This document shows, piece by piece, positions 25,889 through 35,907 of a stretch of 64,000 nt of DNA. The DNA comes from Pseudomonadota bacterium (GTDB taxonomy: Bacteria > Desulfobacterota > Desulfobacteria > Desulfobacterales > JBDRRP01), in NCBI GenBank assembly GCA_043825735.1, contig JBDRRP010000071.1, forward strand, positions 1 through 64,000. Reading direction: 5' to 3'. The notes beneath the pieces were generated by a model. The model ran no database searches, was not told where the DNA came from, and saw only the letters and a program-made list of their open reading frames with translations. Positions within the stretch are counted from its first letter, which is position 1; every line of letters starts with the position of its first letter. The position numbers were made by a program, and so were the translations under genes.

Positions 25889-26533
25889 ATGAATCAAGAG
25901 AGCGCGAATAATAACAACATTTACTGGCACAACGGTGAGGTGTCGCGAGAACTGCGGGAAAAGCTCCATGGGCACAAAGGCATACTCCTGTGGTTCACCG
26001 GCCTTTCATCATCTGGAAAATCCACAATCGCTCATGCCGTTGAGGGGTTGCTGCACAAAATGCGCTGCTCCACTTACGTTTTTGATGGTGACAACGTGCG
26101 TCACGGGCTCTGCAGCGACCTCGGGTTCAGCGAGAAAGACCGTCGGGAAAATATCCGCAGGATCGGCGAAATGTGTCATCTGTTTATTGACGCCGGTATC
26201 ATTGCCATCTCCGCCTTCATCTCGCCCTACCGGTCGGACCGGGCCCGGATCCGCGATCTGGTGGGCAGCGATCGATTCACAGAAATCCACGTGGACTGCC
26301 CGGTGGAAATTTGTGCGCAGCGCGACCCAAAGGGGAATTACAAGAAGGCCATGGCTGGAATTATTCACAATTACACCGGTGTGTCAGCCCCCTACGAGGC
26401 CCCCGAAACCCCAGATCTCAGAATTGAATCTCACCGGGTCAGCATTGATGACGCGGCGCAATCCGTCATCCGACTTCTAAAAGAACGTGGCTTGGCGCTG
26501 CCTATTGCAAAGCCCCCATCGTTCAGAAGATAA
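25889..26533 (+). CDS. cysC: Adenylyl-sulfate (APS) kinase
   Basis: WFTGLSSSGKSTIA, DGDNVRHGL, DLGFS..DR.ENIRR, FISPY, RDPKG.Y, TGVSAPYE. Confidence 0.96.
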   Translation: MNQESANNNNIYWHNGEVSRELREKLHGHKGILLWFTGLSSSGKSTIAHAVEGLLHKMRCSTYVFDGDNVRHGLCSDLGFSEKDRRENIRRIGEMCHLFIDAGIIAISAFISPYRSDRARIRDLVGSDRFTEIHVDCPVEICAQRDPKGNYKKAMAGIIHNYTGVSAPYEAPETPDLRIESHRVSIDDAAQSVIRLLKERGLALPIAKPPSFRR

Positions 26534-26536
26534 ACT

Positions 26537-27118
26537 ATGGACACCCAAGACATTAGAACCCTGAAGATTCTCGAGGAAATGGATCAGGATGAAGCGCCCA
26601 GCCAGCGCCACCTGGCCACCAAGCTGAACGTATCGCTGGGGTTGGTGAACAGCTTCATAAAGCGCCTCGTGAAAAAGGGTTATTTCAAGGTTTCCACCAT
26701 CCCGGCAAACCGGGTTCGATACATCCTCACTCCGAAGGGGGCTGCCGAGAAGACGCGCCTGACTTACGAGTATGTTCAGCAGTCCTTTCTTGTTTACAGA
26801 GACACCCGAAGGAAACTCAGCAAAATATTCAAACGGCTCGAAAATCAAGAAATCAAAAAAGTCGTTTTTCTGGGCGTGAGCGAAATCGCCGAAATTGCGT
26901 ATATCTCGCTACAGGAAACCGCCGTGGAACTTGTGGGGATTGTCGATCGAGCGCATGCAGGAGAAAAATTCTTTGGATTCAAGGTATTCACGCCCGAAGA
27001 GGTGTCGGCCGTCAATTTTGAAAGAATGCTGGTAACAGGTGCTGAGGCTACGGACAGTGTAATAAATGATATTCTGGATCTGGGGATTGCCAAAAACCGG
27101 ATCGTCCTGTTGCAATAA
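26537..27118 (+). CDS. EPS-associated MarR-type winged-helix regulator with C-terminal Rossmann-like domain
   Basis: SQRHLATKLNVSLGLVNSFIKRLVKKGY, YILTPKG..EK.RLT, then VVFLGVSEIAE...LVGIVD. Confidence 0.88.
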   Translation: MDTQDIRTLKILEEMDQDEAPSQRHLATKLNVSLGLVNSFIKRLVKKGYFKVSTIPANRVRYILTPKGAAEKTRLTYEYVQQSFLVYRDTRRKLSKIFKRLENQEIKKVVFLGVSEIAEIAYISLQETAVELVGIVDRAHAGEKFFGFKVFTPEEVSAVNFERMLVTGAEATDSVINDILDLGIAKNRIVLLQ

Positions 27119-27157
27119 CCGCTATCGTTTTAGCACCAATTTCTGAAGGTCGTTACA

Positions 27158-29335
27158 GTGCAGCAAGCCATCATTAAAAACGGCAAAGTTTTGACTGCGG
27201 CTGTCCCGGCACCGATCGTTTCGCCAGGGGCCCTGCTCATAAAGGTAGTGCGTTCCTGCATCAGTGCGGGGACCGAGCTTGCCGGCGCCCAGGCCAGCGG
27301 TAAGAGCTTGATCCGGCGCGCTTTGCAGCAGCCTGAAAACATCAGAAAAGCCTTCAACATGGCCCGTGCAGAGGGTTTTGTTAAAACGGCGCGCTTCATT
27401 AAAAGAAGCAAGGAATCAGGCCAACCAACCGGCTACTCAATTGCCGGGGTGGTCATCGGTATCGGTGACGGCGTGTCTGGATTTACTGTCGGCGACCGCG
27501 TCGCTGCGGCCGGCGCAGGGTTGGCCAATCATGCAGAATACGTCGATATCCCAAAAAATTTGGTCGTAAAAGTACCGGATGGCGTCGATGACAACGGCGC
27601 CGCCACCGTTGCCGTGGGCAGCATTGCCATGCACGGCGTCCGAAGGGCGGCGGTCCAATTGGGGGAATACGTCGTCGTATTCGGAACCGGGCTTTTGGGG
27701 CAGCTCGCCGTGCAGATGGTGACGGCGGCCGGTGGAAGAGTGATCGCCGTCGACATTGACGCGCGGCGCCTTGAAATGGCGACGCATTCAGGGGCCGAGA
27801 ACGCTTTCAATGCGGCAGATGCCGATTGCATCAACAGCGTGTTTCACGCTACGGGCGGCCACGGGGCGGACGCTGTTTTGTTTTGCGCCGCGACTAATGA
27901 TCCTCGCGCGCTTTCCGATGCGCTTTCCATGTGCCGCCGAAAAGGACGACTGGTGATGGTGGGCGTCTGGGGAAACGAGATCCGCAGGGAAGACCTGTAC
28001 GCGAAGGAGATCGATTTTCTGATATCGACCTCCTATGGACCGGGGCGCTATGACGACCGCTATGAACTGCTCGGGCAGGATTACCCATATGGATATGTGC
28101 GATGGACCGAGAACCGAAACATGCTGGAATATTTGCGTCTTCAGGCTCAAGGGCGAATCGACATAAAACCGATGCTGCACGCTGTCTTTCCGATCGAAAA
28201 CGTTCAGGAGGCCTTTACTTCGCTGGGCTCTGACGTCAAGCCGCTTCTGGTGTTGCTGGATTATGGCTGCAAGTTGCCGGATGGGTTCATTGGCGATAAA
28301 CCCGAAAACGGCAAACTGGCCTTTGGGCCGGCCGTAAGGAAGGTGTCCGGCAATCGCGTGCGTGTGGGGCTGATCGGTGCCGGGGAGTTCGCCCGGGCAA
28401 TCCATCTGCCGAACCTGTTGAAATTGAAAAACCAGTACCAGATCCGTGCGATCTGCAACCGGTCCGGGTTGAAGGCCCGGGAAACCGCGCAGCAGTGCGG
28501 CGCGGCATATGCCACTTCAGACTACCGTGAGATCATAGCCGATCCGGATGTGGATCTGGTGATGATCTGTACTCGGCACAACCTGCACGGCCAGATGGTA
28601 TTGGACAGTCTAAACGCCGGCAAGCATACATTCGTCGAAAAGCCGCTGTGCACCCGATTGGACGAACTGGAAAAAATCGAAGCGTTTTACGCGGTCAAGA
28701 CACCCGATGGTATCGACGAGGGCCTGGCGTGCAGCAAACCAATGCTGGCCGTGGGTTTCAACCGGCGTTTCTCGCCATACGCCCGGGAAATCCGCCAAAA
28801 GGTCGAGGGCAGATTGAATCCGCTCATGATCCACTACCGGATGAATGCCGGCTACATTCCTTACGGGCACTGGGTTCATACCGAAGAGGGCGGTGGGCGG
28901 ATTATCGGCGAGGCATGCCATATCATCGACCTTTTCTCTTATTTGATCGGAGCTCCCGTCAAAGCAATCAGCGCTTTCGACCTTTCGCCGATGACTGAAA
29001 GTATTCAGTCATCGGACAACAAGTCGGTGACTCTTGAATACGCGGACGGATCCGTGGCGGTGCTCCAGTACTTCAGCGTCGGTAGCAAAGATTTGCCAAA
29101 GGAGCGCCTTGAGCTGCATTTCGACGGAAAAACTATCGTGATGGATAATTACAAATCCATGCAGGGATTTGGAATTGACATAAATCAAGTCGGCCGACAG
29201 ATTATGGACAAAGGGTATTTGAACGAGCTGACTGAATTGGCTGAAAGTCTGAAGGGCGGTGGCGCCTTGTGGCCAATGTCTCCGAGATCCATTTTCGAAA
29301 CCACCCGGATATGCATTGAACTTTCCAAATGGTAA
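27158..29335 (+). CDS. Bi-domain oxidoreductase (MDR/Zn-ADH-like plus Gfo/Idh/MocA)
   Basis: ISAGTE, GTGLLG, SYGPGRYD, RWTENRN, second GLIGAG, VEKP, VGFNRRF, GEACH. Confidence 0.9.
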   Translation: MQQAIIKNGKVLTAAVPAPIVSPGALLIKVVRSCISAGTELAGAQASGKSLIRRALQQPENIRKAFNMARAEGFVKTARFIKRSKESGQPTGYSIAGVVIGIGDGVSGFTVGDRVAAAGAGLANHAEYVDIPKNLVVKVPDGVDDNGAATVAVGSIAMHGVRRAAVQLGEYVVVFGTGLLGQLAVQMVTAAGGRVIAVDIDARRLEMATHSGAENAFNAADADCINSVFHATGGHGADAVLFCAATNDPRALSDALSMCRRKGRLVMVGVWGNEIRREDLYAKEIDFLISTSYGPGRYDDRYELLGQDYPYGYVRWTENRNMLEYLRLQAQGRIDIKPMLHAVFPIENVQEAFTSLGSDVKPLLVLLDYGCKLPDGFIGDKPENGKLAFGPAVRKVSGNRVRVGLIGAGEFARAIHLPNLLKLKNQYQIRAICNRSGLKARETAQQCGAAYATSDYREIIADPDVDLVMICTRHNLHGQMVLDSLNAGKHTFVEKPLCTRLDELEKIEAFYAVKTPDGIDEGLACSKPMLAVGFNRRFSPYAREIRQKVEGRLNPLMIHYRMNAGYIPYGHWVHTEEGGGRIIGEACHIIDLFSYLIGAPVKAISAFDLSPMTESIQSSDNKSVTLEYADGSVAVLQYFSVGSKDLPKERLELHFDGKTIVMDNYKSMQGFGIDINQVGRQIMDKGYLNELTELAESLKGGGALWPMSPRSIFETTRICIELSKW

Positions 29336-29360
29336 TATACCCGGCCATGAGACGGATAGT

Positions 29361-29891
29361 ATGCCTGATTTCCCAAAGGTAGATGAAAGAATCTCTGTTT
29401 ACGCTACACGATGGTTTAGTCTGGAGCAGAAATCGATTCAGTTTGAGCCAGGCAAAATGGAACTGTACTATTCCATTCGTGAAGGAGACCACATAGCGGT
29501 GGTCGCTGAAGATGACCGGAAAAATATTTTACTCATAAAGCAGTACCGCCCGGCTATTGAGGATTACGTTATCGAACTGCCTGGCGGACATGTTGAAAAC
29601 TCCGACCCGGAACAGTCGGCACATGCGGAATTGATCGAAGAAACCGGATACAGAGCTGAACGGATGCAGTTGACCGGTAAAACCATTGTGGATTCAGGTA
29701 GAAACCAGGGATACCTTTACTGTTACTACGGCAGTGGACTTGAAAAAATCGGAAACCCTTCGTCGGGGATTGAACTGTTGCCAGTGGCAAAAAACAACAT
29801 CCGTGAGATGATCGTGAATGGTGATTTTTCACACTCGCTCAATTTGAGCGCTGTCTTTTTAGCATGTCTGCAGGGTTTACTGTCAATTTGA
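29361..29891 (+). CDS. NUDIX hydrolase (NDP-sugar/ADP-ribose pyrophosphatase-like)
   Basis: KQYRP, IELPGG...ELIEETGY. Confidence 0.85.
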   Translation: MPDFPKVDERISVYATRWFSLEQKSIQFEPGKMELYYSIREGDHIAVVAEDDRKNILLIKQYRPAIEDYVIELPGGHVENSDPEQSAHAELIEETGYRAERMQLTGKTIVDSGRNQGYLYCYYGSGLEKIGNPSSGIELLPVAKNNIREMIVNGDFSHSLNLSAVFLACLQGLLSI

Positions 29892-29937
29892 TTTTTTTCA
29901 GCCTGTCTATTTTGTGCCGTGATGAGGGTTGTAGACG

Positions 29938-31749
29938 TTGAACCTATACACGCTGCTGTGTGAAATAAAAAAGCACCTGCCCCGAAAGAGAAAAAAACAG
30001 CTTGTTTTCTTGCTGATGTGTATGTGCTTGGGCGCTCTGGTTGAAAGCGGTACACTAGGGTTGATAGCGATCTATGCGTCTGCCGTGAATGATACGGAAA
30101 CAATTTACCATTCACAGCGGGCGACCGTTGTTTTCAGGTATTTTGGCCAGTATGCGCCTGCAACACCAAAAGCTTTTTTCATAATGCTCAGTATTGTCGT
30201 TGTTTTGGCCATCGGTATCAAAAATGCGTTGAGTACCGGCCTGCAATATTTGATAGCGAAATTTGCGACCCTGGTGAGTGGCTTTTTCGGCGAAAAATTA
30301 GTCCGAGGTCTTTTGCTGATGCCCTATGAATGGCACCTGAGGCAAAATTCATCCGACCTGGTGACGACCTTTGCCTGGCGGGACCAGGTTGCCAATATAA
30401 TGCTCAACTGCCTGCAGTTTTCGATCGATTTCATATTGATATGTTTTCTTTTTTTCGGGCTGTTATTTATCAATCCAATTGTAACAACGGGTTTGATCCT
30501 GCTTGTAGGTGGGCCGGCATTCCTAATTTTCCGGGAAACCCGCCCACGAATTGACCGCCAGGCGGTAACTATTAAAGAAACCTCGATCCTCCTGAACCGG
30601 CAGGCTACACAGATTGTTCACGGCATAAAGGATATTAAAATGATAGCGCCCGACAATCTGATGGCAAATCTAAGTACACGATTGTACGCTTTGGCCAACA
30701 CTCAGGGGATGCAAGCCCTTTTCCTGAAGATGCCGCACAATATGATAGAGTTTATCGGCTTCTTCATGCTTTGTGGCACCATTTTGCTACTCAATCTGTA
30801 TGCTGAGATCTCCACCATTGAGATTACCGGTATTGCGGCCTTGCTAGCTGTAACTGCTTGGCGTGTTTTACCTGCGATTGTGAGAATAATTGCGAATCTG
30901 TCTGTCATCCGGGCCAATTTGCCGGTTGCCAGCCGGGTTTTGAAATTTGTTACCCTATTTGAGGAGAACACGTCTTCTCAGATTGCGGAAAATACCGGAG
31001 GTGTGCCGCCGTGTATTGAGCAGACGATCAGTGTCAGGGGGGTGTTTTTTTCCTATGAAGGCGCCACCGTCGAGTCTCTTTCGGATATAAACCTGGACAT
31101 CAACAAGGGTGAAAGCATCGGGATTATAGGCACTTCCGGGGCGGGGAAAAGCACTTTGGCCGATATTTTGATCGGTTTCCTGAAGCCGGTTCGAGGCACT
31201 ATATGGATCGATGGTAATAAACTGGGGGAAAATAAAAGTGTAAACTGGATGCGAAACATTGGCTATGTTGCACAGACTCCCTATATCTGCGACGATTCGC
31301 TGCTCGCGAATATTGCTCTTGAGCAGGGCGCCGAATTGGCTAACCGGGAATTTGCCATGGAGTGCTGCAAAATGGCCAACATTGATGATTTTTTAGGACA
31401 GCTGGCCGACGGCATTGACACTCAGATCGGCGAGCGGGGTGTTTTGCTCTCAGGGGGACAACGGCAGCGGGTTGCCATCGCGCGGGCCCTATACCGCAGG
31501 CCGAGCTTTATCGTCTTTGATGAAGCCACAAGCGCGTTAGACACCAAAAGTGAAAATGAAATCCAGAAAACCATTTTGCAGTTGCACGGGAAAATGACGA
31601 TGGTCCTTATTGCCCATCGGTTGAGTACTGTCGAGTACTGCGACCGAGTCGTATGGCTTGAAAAAGGAAGCGTGAAAATGGTCGGCAAGCCTGAAGCGGT
31701 TTTGCCTCGCTACGTTGATTCCATGGCCGTTGAGGAGAAGTCGGCATAA
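29938..31749 (+). CDS. ABC transporter permease/ATPase, PglK/MsbA-like glycan flippase
   Basis: N-terminal TM domain, GTSGAGKST, LSGGQRQR, VFDEATSALD, IAHRLST. Confidence 0.9.
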   Translation: MNLYTLLCEIKKHLPRKRKKQLVFLLMCMCLGALVESGTLGLIAIYASAVNDTETIYHSQRATVVFRYFGQYAPATPKAFFIMLSIVVVLAIGIKNALSTGLQYLIAKFATLVSGFFGEKLVRGLLLMPYEWHLRQNSSDLVTTFAWRDQVANIMLNCLQFSIDFILICFLFFGLLFINPIVTTGLILLVGGPAFLIFRETRPRIDRQAVTIKETSILLNRQATQIVHGIKDIKMIAPDNLMANLSTRLYALANTQGMQALFLKMPHNMIEFIGFFMLCGTILLLNLYAEISTIEITGIAALLAVTAWRVLPAIVRIIANLSVIRANLPVASRVLKFVTLFEENTSSQIAENTGGVPPCIEQTISVRGVFFSYEGATVESLSDINLDINKGESIGIIGTSGAGKSTLADILIGFLKPVRGTIWIDGNKLGENKSVNWMRNIGYVAQTPYICDDSLLANIALEQGAELANREFAMECCKMANIDDFLGQLADGIDTQIGERGVLLSGGQRQRVAIARALYRRPSFIVFDEATSALDTKSENEIQKTILQLHGKMTMVLIAHRLSTVEYCDRVVWLEKGSVKMVGKPEAVLPRYVDSMAVEEKSA

Positions 31750-31809
31750 CGTAGAAATCGGTTAAACCATAACATATAATATATTATATTTGTAATCAGG
31801 AGAATTAAA

Positions 31810-32586
31810 ATGGGAAAAAATGTTGAAAGAATAGGCGGAACTTATTCGCACGATCAAGAGATGTGGGATCAATTGGAGGAAGTTGTAAAAGAAAGCGGTC
31901 ACCCGCTCAGGGATGTGCTCGAATCATTTCCGGTTTACGCTCGCCGCGTGAATCTGAGTCGATTTCTGGTACATTACGAAATCTTCAAAATGATCAAAGA
32001 TGTTCCAGGAAGTATAGTAGAATGCGGTGTTTACAGGGGTTCTAGCCTGTTGACCTTCGCAAAATTGCTTGAGATCTACTGCCCAGGAGACAGGACCAGA
32101 AAGGTTATCGGCTTTGATAATTTTGCGGGTTTCACCGAACTTAGCGAGGAAGATGGTGCAGAAGACCCTAACTGCTCTAAAGTCGTGGGAGGGTGGAACT
32201 CATCACCCTACTACAACGAACTGCTGAAACATATCGATATTTTTCACGCTGACAGTTTTATCCCCAGGGCTAAAAGAGTTGAACTCGTTGTAGGGAATCT
32301 TGAAGAGACCGCTACTGATTACCTTGAGAAGAATTCAGGGTTGCGTATATCACTTCTTCACCTGGATTGTGATGTTTATAAACCCACTATGGCTGCCCTG
32401 GAGGCATTTTATCCACTGGTGGTTCCCGGTGGAATTGTTCTTTTGGATGAATACGGAATGGCAGCCTGGGGCGGCGAGAGTGCCGCATTTGATGAGTACT
32501 TTGGGAAAGACACCAAGCACAAACTCAAGACGTTTCCGCTCAGTTCTACTCCGACTGCATACTTCATCAAAGGAGAGACGGTATGA
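31810..32586 (+). CDS. TylF/MycF/NovP-family O-methyltransferase
   Basis: VPGSIVECGVYRG, GFDNFAGF, LHLDCDVY, LLDEY. Confidence 0.88.
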   Translation: MGKNVERIGGTYSHDQEMWDQLEEVVKESGHPLRDVLESFPVYARRVNLSRFLVHYEIFKMIKDVPGSIVECGVYRGSSLLTFAKLLEIYCPGDRTRKVIGFDNFAGFTELSEEDGAEDPNCSKVVGGWNSSPYYNELLKHIDIFHADSFIPRAKRVELVVGNLEETATDYLEKNSGLRISLLHLDCDVYKPTMAALEAFYPLVVPGGIVLLDEYGMAAWGGESAAFDEYFGKDTKHKLKTFPLSSTPTAYFIKGETV

Positions 32587-33767
32587 GAATCTTTATGCGC
32601 GGGTTGAATGCCTGCGCTATGCGGAAGGCGGACATCGCTCGTTATAAGGACAGCCTCGTAGCGGCGGGACACGAGTTGGTCAATGACCCTGCCAAGAGCG
32701 ACACCGTTTTAGTATGGACCTGTGCTTTCAGACAGGACTATCGCGAAAACAGTATTCGCGTATTAAATGAATACAGGGATAAAAACAAGAAAAGAGTAGT
32801 AGCCTGCGGTTGTTTGCCTTCAATCAATCCGCAGATATTGGCTGAAAGGTTCGAGGGGGAAAGTTTCGAGTGGAAAAATGACCGGCAGGCACTGGCCAAA
32901 CTTTTTAATTCGAATCTGCCCGAAACCCAGCGCTACTTTGTTGAAAAGGCGATAGACATTCCCATTGAAGAATACAAGGCCCGGAATCCAGGTGTCAAAA
33001 CCACTCACTGTGATCAATTCGTAAAACTGTTTATCACTGAAGGCTGTAATTTTAAATGCACCTACTGCGCTGAAATCCTTGCATTCCCGCCATTTAAAAG
33101 TTTTCCCTTGGAAAGCGTCGTCAATAAATTTAAGAAAGTAATGAATGAATTCGGTGAGAAACGGGTCATTTTGCATGGCGACTGCGTTGGGGAATATGGA
33201 AAAGAAATTGGCAGCTCGATAGTTGAATTGATTGAAAATCTCCTATCGACTGCCTCTGGAGTAAAAATTGGTATCCGTAATCTTTACCCTGGAAATTTCA
33301 TAGAATATTATGACGAATTGATGCGTTTTATAAAGAATGGCGATTTGTTTCTGTTGGAAACCCCAATTCAGTCGGCATCAGATGATGTGTTGAAGCTTAT
33401 GGGGCGGCACTACAGACAGAGAGATCTGAAAAGAATATTTGACGGCCTTGTCGGCAGTGGATTCAAAGAGTTCGAAACTCATATCCTTGTTGGTTACCCA
33501 TCGGAAACCGAAGCGCAGTTCCAGGAAACCGTTGATTTTATCACTCGGTACCGTCCTAAATATGTTCTCATTAGTGGCTACATGGGTTCTCCGCTGTTGA
33601 AATCAGCGGATCTGCCTGGGCAGATCGATGAAGAAATAATCCGCGCTCGAGTACTTGAAGCTTATGAAGCCATTAACAAAGAGGGGGTCATCTGTAATTA
33701 CAACATGTGCGATCTGATCAAGGAAAGGTTCGAGTCGTCGTATGTGGACGGCCTGATATATCAATAG
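32583..33767 (+). CDS. Radical SAM methylthiotransferase-like protein (MiaB/RimO/MtaB fold) lacking the TRAM domain
   Basis: N-terminal Cys triad (NACAMR, WTCAF, CGCLP), EGCNFKCTYC, PIQSAS..VLKLMGRHY, ILVGYPSETE..F.ET. Confidence 0.85.
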   Translation: MRIFMRGLNACAMRKADIARYKDSLVAAGHELVNDPAKSDTVLVWTCAFRQDYRENSIRVLNEYRDKNKKRVVACGCLPSINPQILAERFEGESFEWKNDRQALAKLFNSNLPETQRYFVEKAIDIPIEEYKARNPGVKTTHCDQFVKLFITEGCNFKCTYCAEILAFPPFKSFPLESVVNKFKKVMNEFGEKRVILHGDCVGEYGKEIGSSIVELIENLLSTASGVKIGIRNLYPGNFIEYYDELMRFIKNGDLFLLETPIQSASDDVLKLMGRHYRQRDLKRIFDGLVGSGFKEFETHILVGYPSETEAQFQETVDFITRYRPKYVLISGYMGSPLLKSADLPGQIDEEIIRARVLEAYEAINKEGVICNYNMCDLIKERFESSYVDGLIYQ

Positions 33768-33815
33768 CGCCAGAGAAAAAGAATTCACGCGTTCCGCAAA
33801 CCGAAATAAATTACT

Positions 33816-35057
33816 ATGCCTAAATTTTCAATTATAATACCAACCACTCGGGCCCATTACTTGCCGTATTCCCTTAGAAGTGCCCTAAACCAGGATTATG
33901 ATGATTATGAAGTGATCGTCGTGGATAACCAGGCTGAAGGCGCAGATGCCGTTGTCAGGGAGTTTGCTGATCCCAAAGTGTCCTGTGTGCACACGCCTGA
34001 AAAACTGGCGATGTCATACAACTGGGAGTTTGGATTAAGACACGCAAAAGGTGAGTATATCACTTTTTTGGGTGACGATGACGTATTTATCCCTCAGTTG
34101 CTATCAACCGTGGCGGATGCCATTACACAATACCCTTCAGTTAATATTTTCAACTGGAAATGGGGCAGCTATATCTATCCATCCTTTCCTGTCCCGGAAC
34201 TGAGAAATCAACTGACCTGGAGTGACTCAAGTGACGGGCTTTATAAGGTTGAAAGCGCAGAGGTCCTAAGAGATTTCTATAACCCGGTCGACATCTACAG
34301 GTACTCTGAAAGAAAACGGTTGCTCCCGAGCATATTTCATGCCTGCTGCCACCGGCAGATTATTGAGACTGCACAGGAAAAGGGCGGCAAATTCTTTTTC
34401 CCAAGCTGCCCTGATTTTTCCTCCGCTTTTGTGTCGCTGGCTTTCAGTGAAGAGGAAGTGTTGATCGACAAGCCGATGGTCATCTATTCTTCATCTTTTG
34501 ACAGCAATGGCGTTTGCATGGTGGGGGAACGCGGGAAAATCGATGATTTTCTAAAAGAGTACAAAGATGAAATTTACAGGACGACTCCCCTGCAGACGCG
34601 AAAAGTAACTCATAACGGGATAGCGGATACAATGCTGATAACCCAGGCCGCATTCCCCGCAGAATTGGGCAGTTTTGAATTTGGCTGGGTAAGTTATTTT
34701 AATTGTTGCTACCGCGAGATTGTGATCCTTGAAGAAAATGGCCTTGATATGTCGGAGGACCGCAGAGAGTTCGAAAAGGTCCTCGCCGGACAACCTGATG
34801 ATATCCGCTTCGAAGTCCAGCAATGGATCATCAACCAGGGCAGCATGACGACCGGCAAACAAAGCAGGGTGCGTCGGGTGGCCAGATATGTTCAGGATAA
34901 GTTTCCGGCCTTAAGGCGTTTCCGTCAGAAAATGAACTCTATGCGAACGTCTTCCAGAAGCAGGCCTGCCGGCGTGATCGACGCCCGGGAAAAAGGACTG
35001 GACTCAATATACGATTGTTCAGTGTACGTGGGAAAAGTGATCAGAGGGCAAGCCTAA
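33816..35057 (+). CDS. Glycosyltransferase family 2
   Basis: FSIIIPT, EVIVVDN, AKGEYITFLGDDD. Confidence 0.9.
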   Translation: MPKFSIIIPTTRAHYLPYSLRSALNQDYDDYEVIVVDNQAEGADAVVREFADPKVSCVHTPEKLAMSYNWEFGLRHAKGEYITFLGDDDVFIPQLLSTVADAITQYPSVNIFNWKWGSYIYPSFPVPELRNQLTWSDSSDGLYKVESAEVLRDFYNPVDIYRYSERKRLLPSIFHACCHRQIIETAQEKGGKFFFPSCPDFSSAFVSLAFSEEEVLIDKPMVIYSSSFDSNGVCMVGERGKIDDFLKEYKDEIYRTTPLQTRKVTHNGIADTMLITQAAFPAELGSFEFGWVSYFNCCYREIVILEENGLDMSEDRREFEKVLAGQPDDIRFEVQQWIINQGSMTTGKQSRVRRVARYVQDKFPALRRFRQKMNSMRTSSRSRPAGVIDAREKGLDSIYDCSVYVGKVIRGQA

Positions 35058-35115
35058 ATGAACAGCTGAGAACGACCTCTCATTTTAAATGCAAAATTAT
35101 TTCGGGAGAAGTGAA

Positions 35116-35898
35116 ATGCAGGTTGTTATACTTTGTGGCGGGCTTGGGACCCGGTTGCGGGAAGAGACCGAATTCAGGCCGAAGCCCATGGTCAATATCG
35201 GGAGCCGCCCGATACTATGGCACATCATGAAGATATATGCCCACTACAATATCAGTGAGTTCGTTCTTGCCTTGGGCTATAAAGGTGAAATGATCAAAGA
35301 CTATTTTATTCATTATGAGATAATGAACAACGACGTCACTATTGAACTGGGCAGTCCTAAATCCATGCATCTTCACAATTGCCATGATGAATCCGGGTGG
35401 AAAATCACTCTAGCCAATACGGGCGACAAAGCGATGAAAGGGGCAAGGTTAAAAAAAGTTGAAAATTATATTCATGGTGAAAATTTTATGCTCACCTATG
35501 GAGATGGGGTTGCGGATATCAATATAGAATCCTTGATAAAGTTCCATAAGCAGCATGGCAAAATTGCTACTGTCACCGGGGTCAATCCGGCGGCCCAGTT
35601 CGGCGAATTAAAAATCAACGGTGACAGCGTTCAAGCTTTTTCGGAAAAACCCAAAATCTCTGAAAGAGGATATGTTAACGGCGGCTTTTTTGTTTTCAAA
35701 AGAGCGATCTTTGATTACCTGGAGATTAATGATGCATGTGACCTCGAATATGGTGTCTTGGAAAAATTGGCTGCCGAAGGTGAGCTAAAGGTATACAAGC
35801 ACCAGGGATTTTGGGCGTGCATGGATACAATCAGGGACATGGAGTACCTGAACAGCCTATGGGGGCAGAATAGAGCTCAGTGGAAGATATGGAAATAA
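35116..35898 (+). CDS. rfbF: Glucose-1-phosphate cytidylyltransferase
   Basis: ILCGGLGTRLREET..RPKPMV, LTYGDGVAD, NGGFFV, GFWACMDT.RD. Confidence 0.95.
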   Translation: MQVVILCGGLGTRLREETEFRPKPMVNIGSRPILWHIMKIYAHYNISEFVLALGYKGEMIKDYFIHYEIMNNDVTIELGSPKSMHLHNCHDESGWKITLANTGDKAMKGARLKKVENYIHGENFMLTYGDGVADINIESLIKFHKQHGKIATVTGVNPAAQFGELKINGDSVQAFSEKPKISERGYVNGGFFVFKRAIFDYLEINDACDLEYGVLEKLAAEGELKVYKHQGFWACMDTIRDMEYLNSLWGQNRAQWKIWK

Positions 35899-35907
35899 CA
35901 AACAGGC

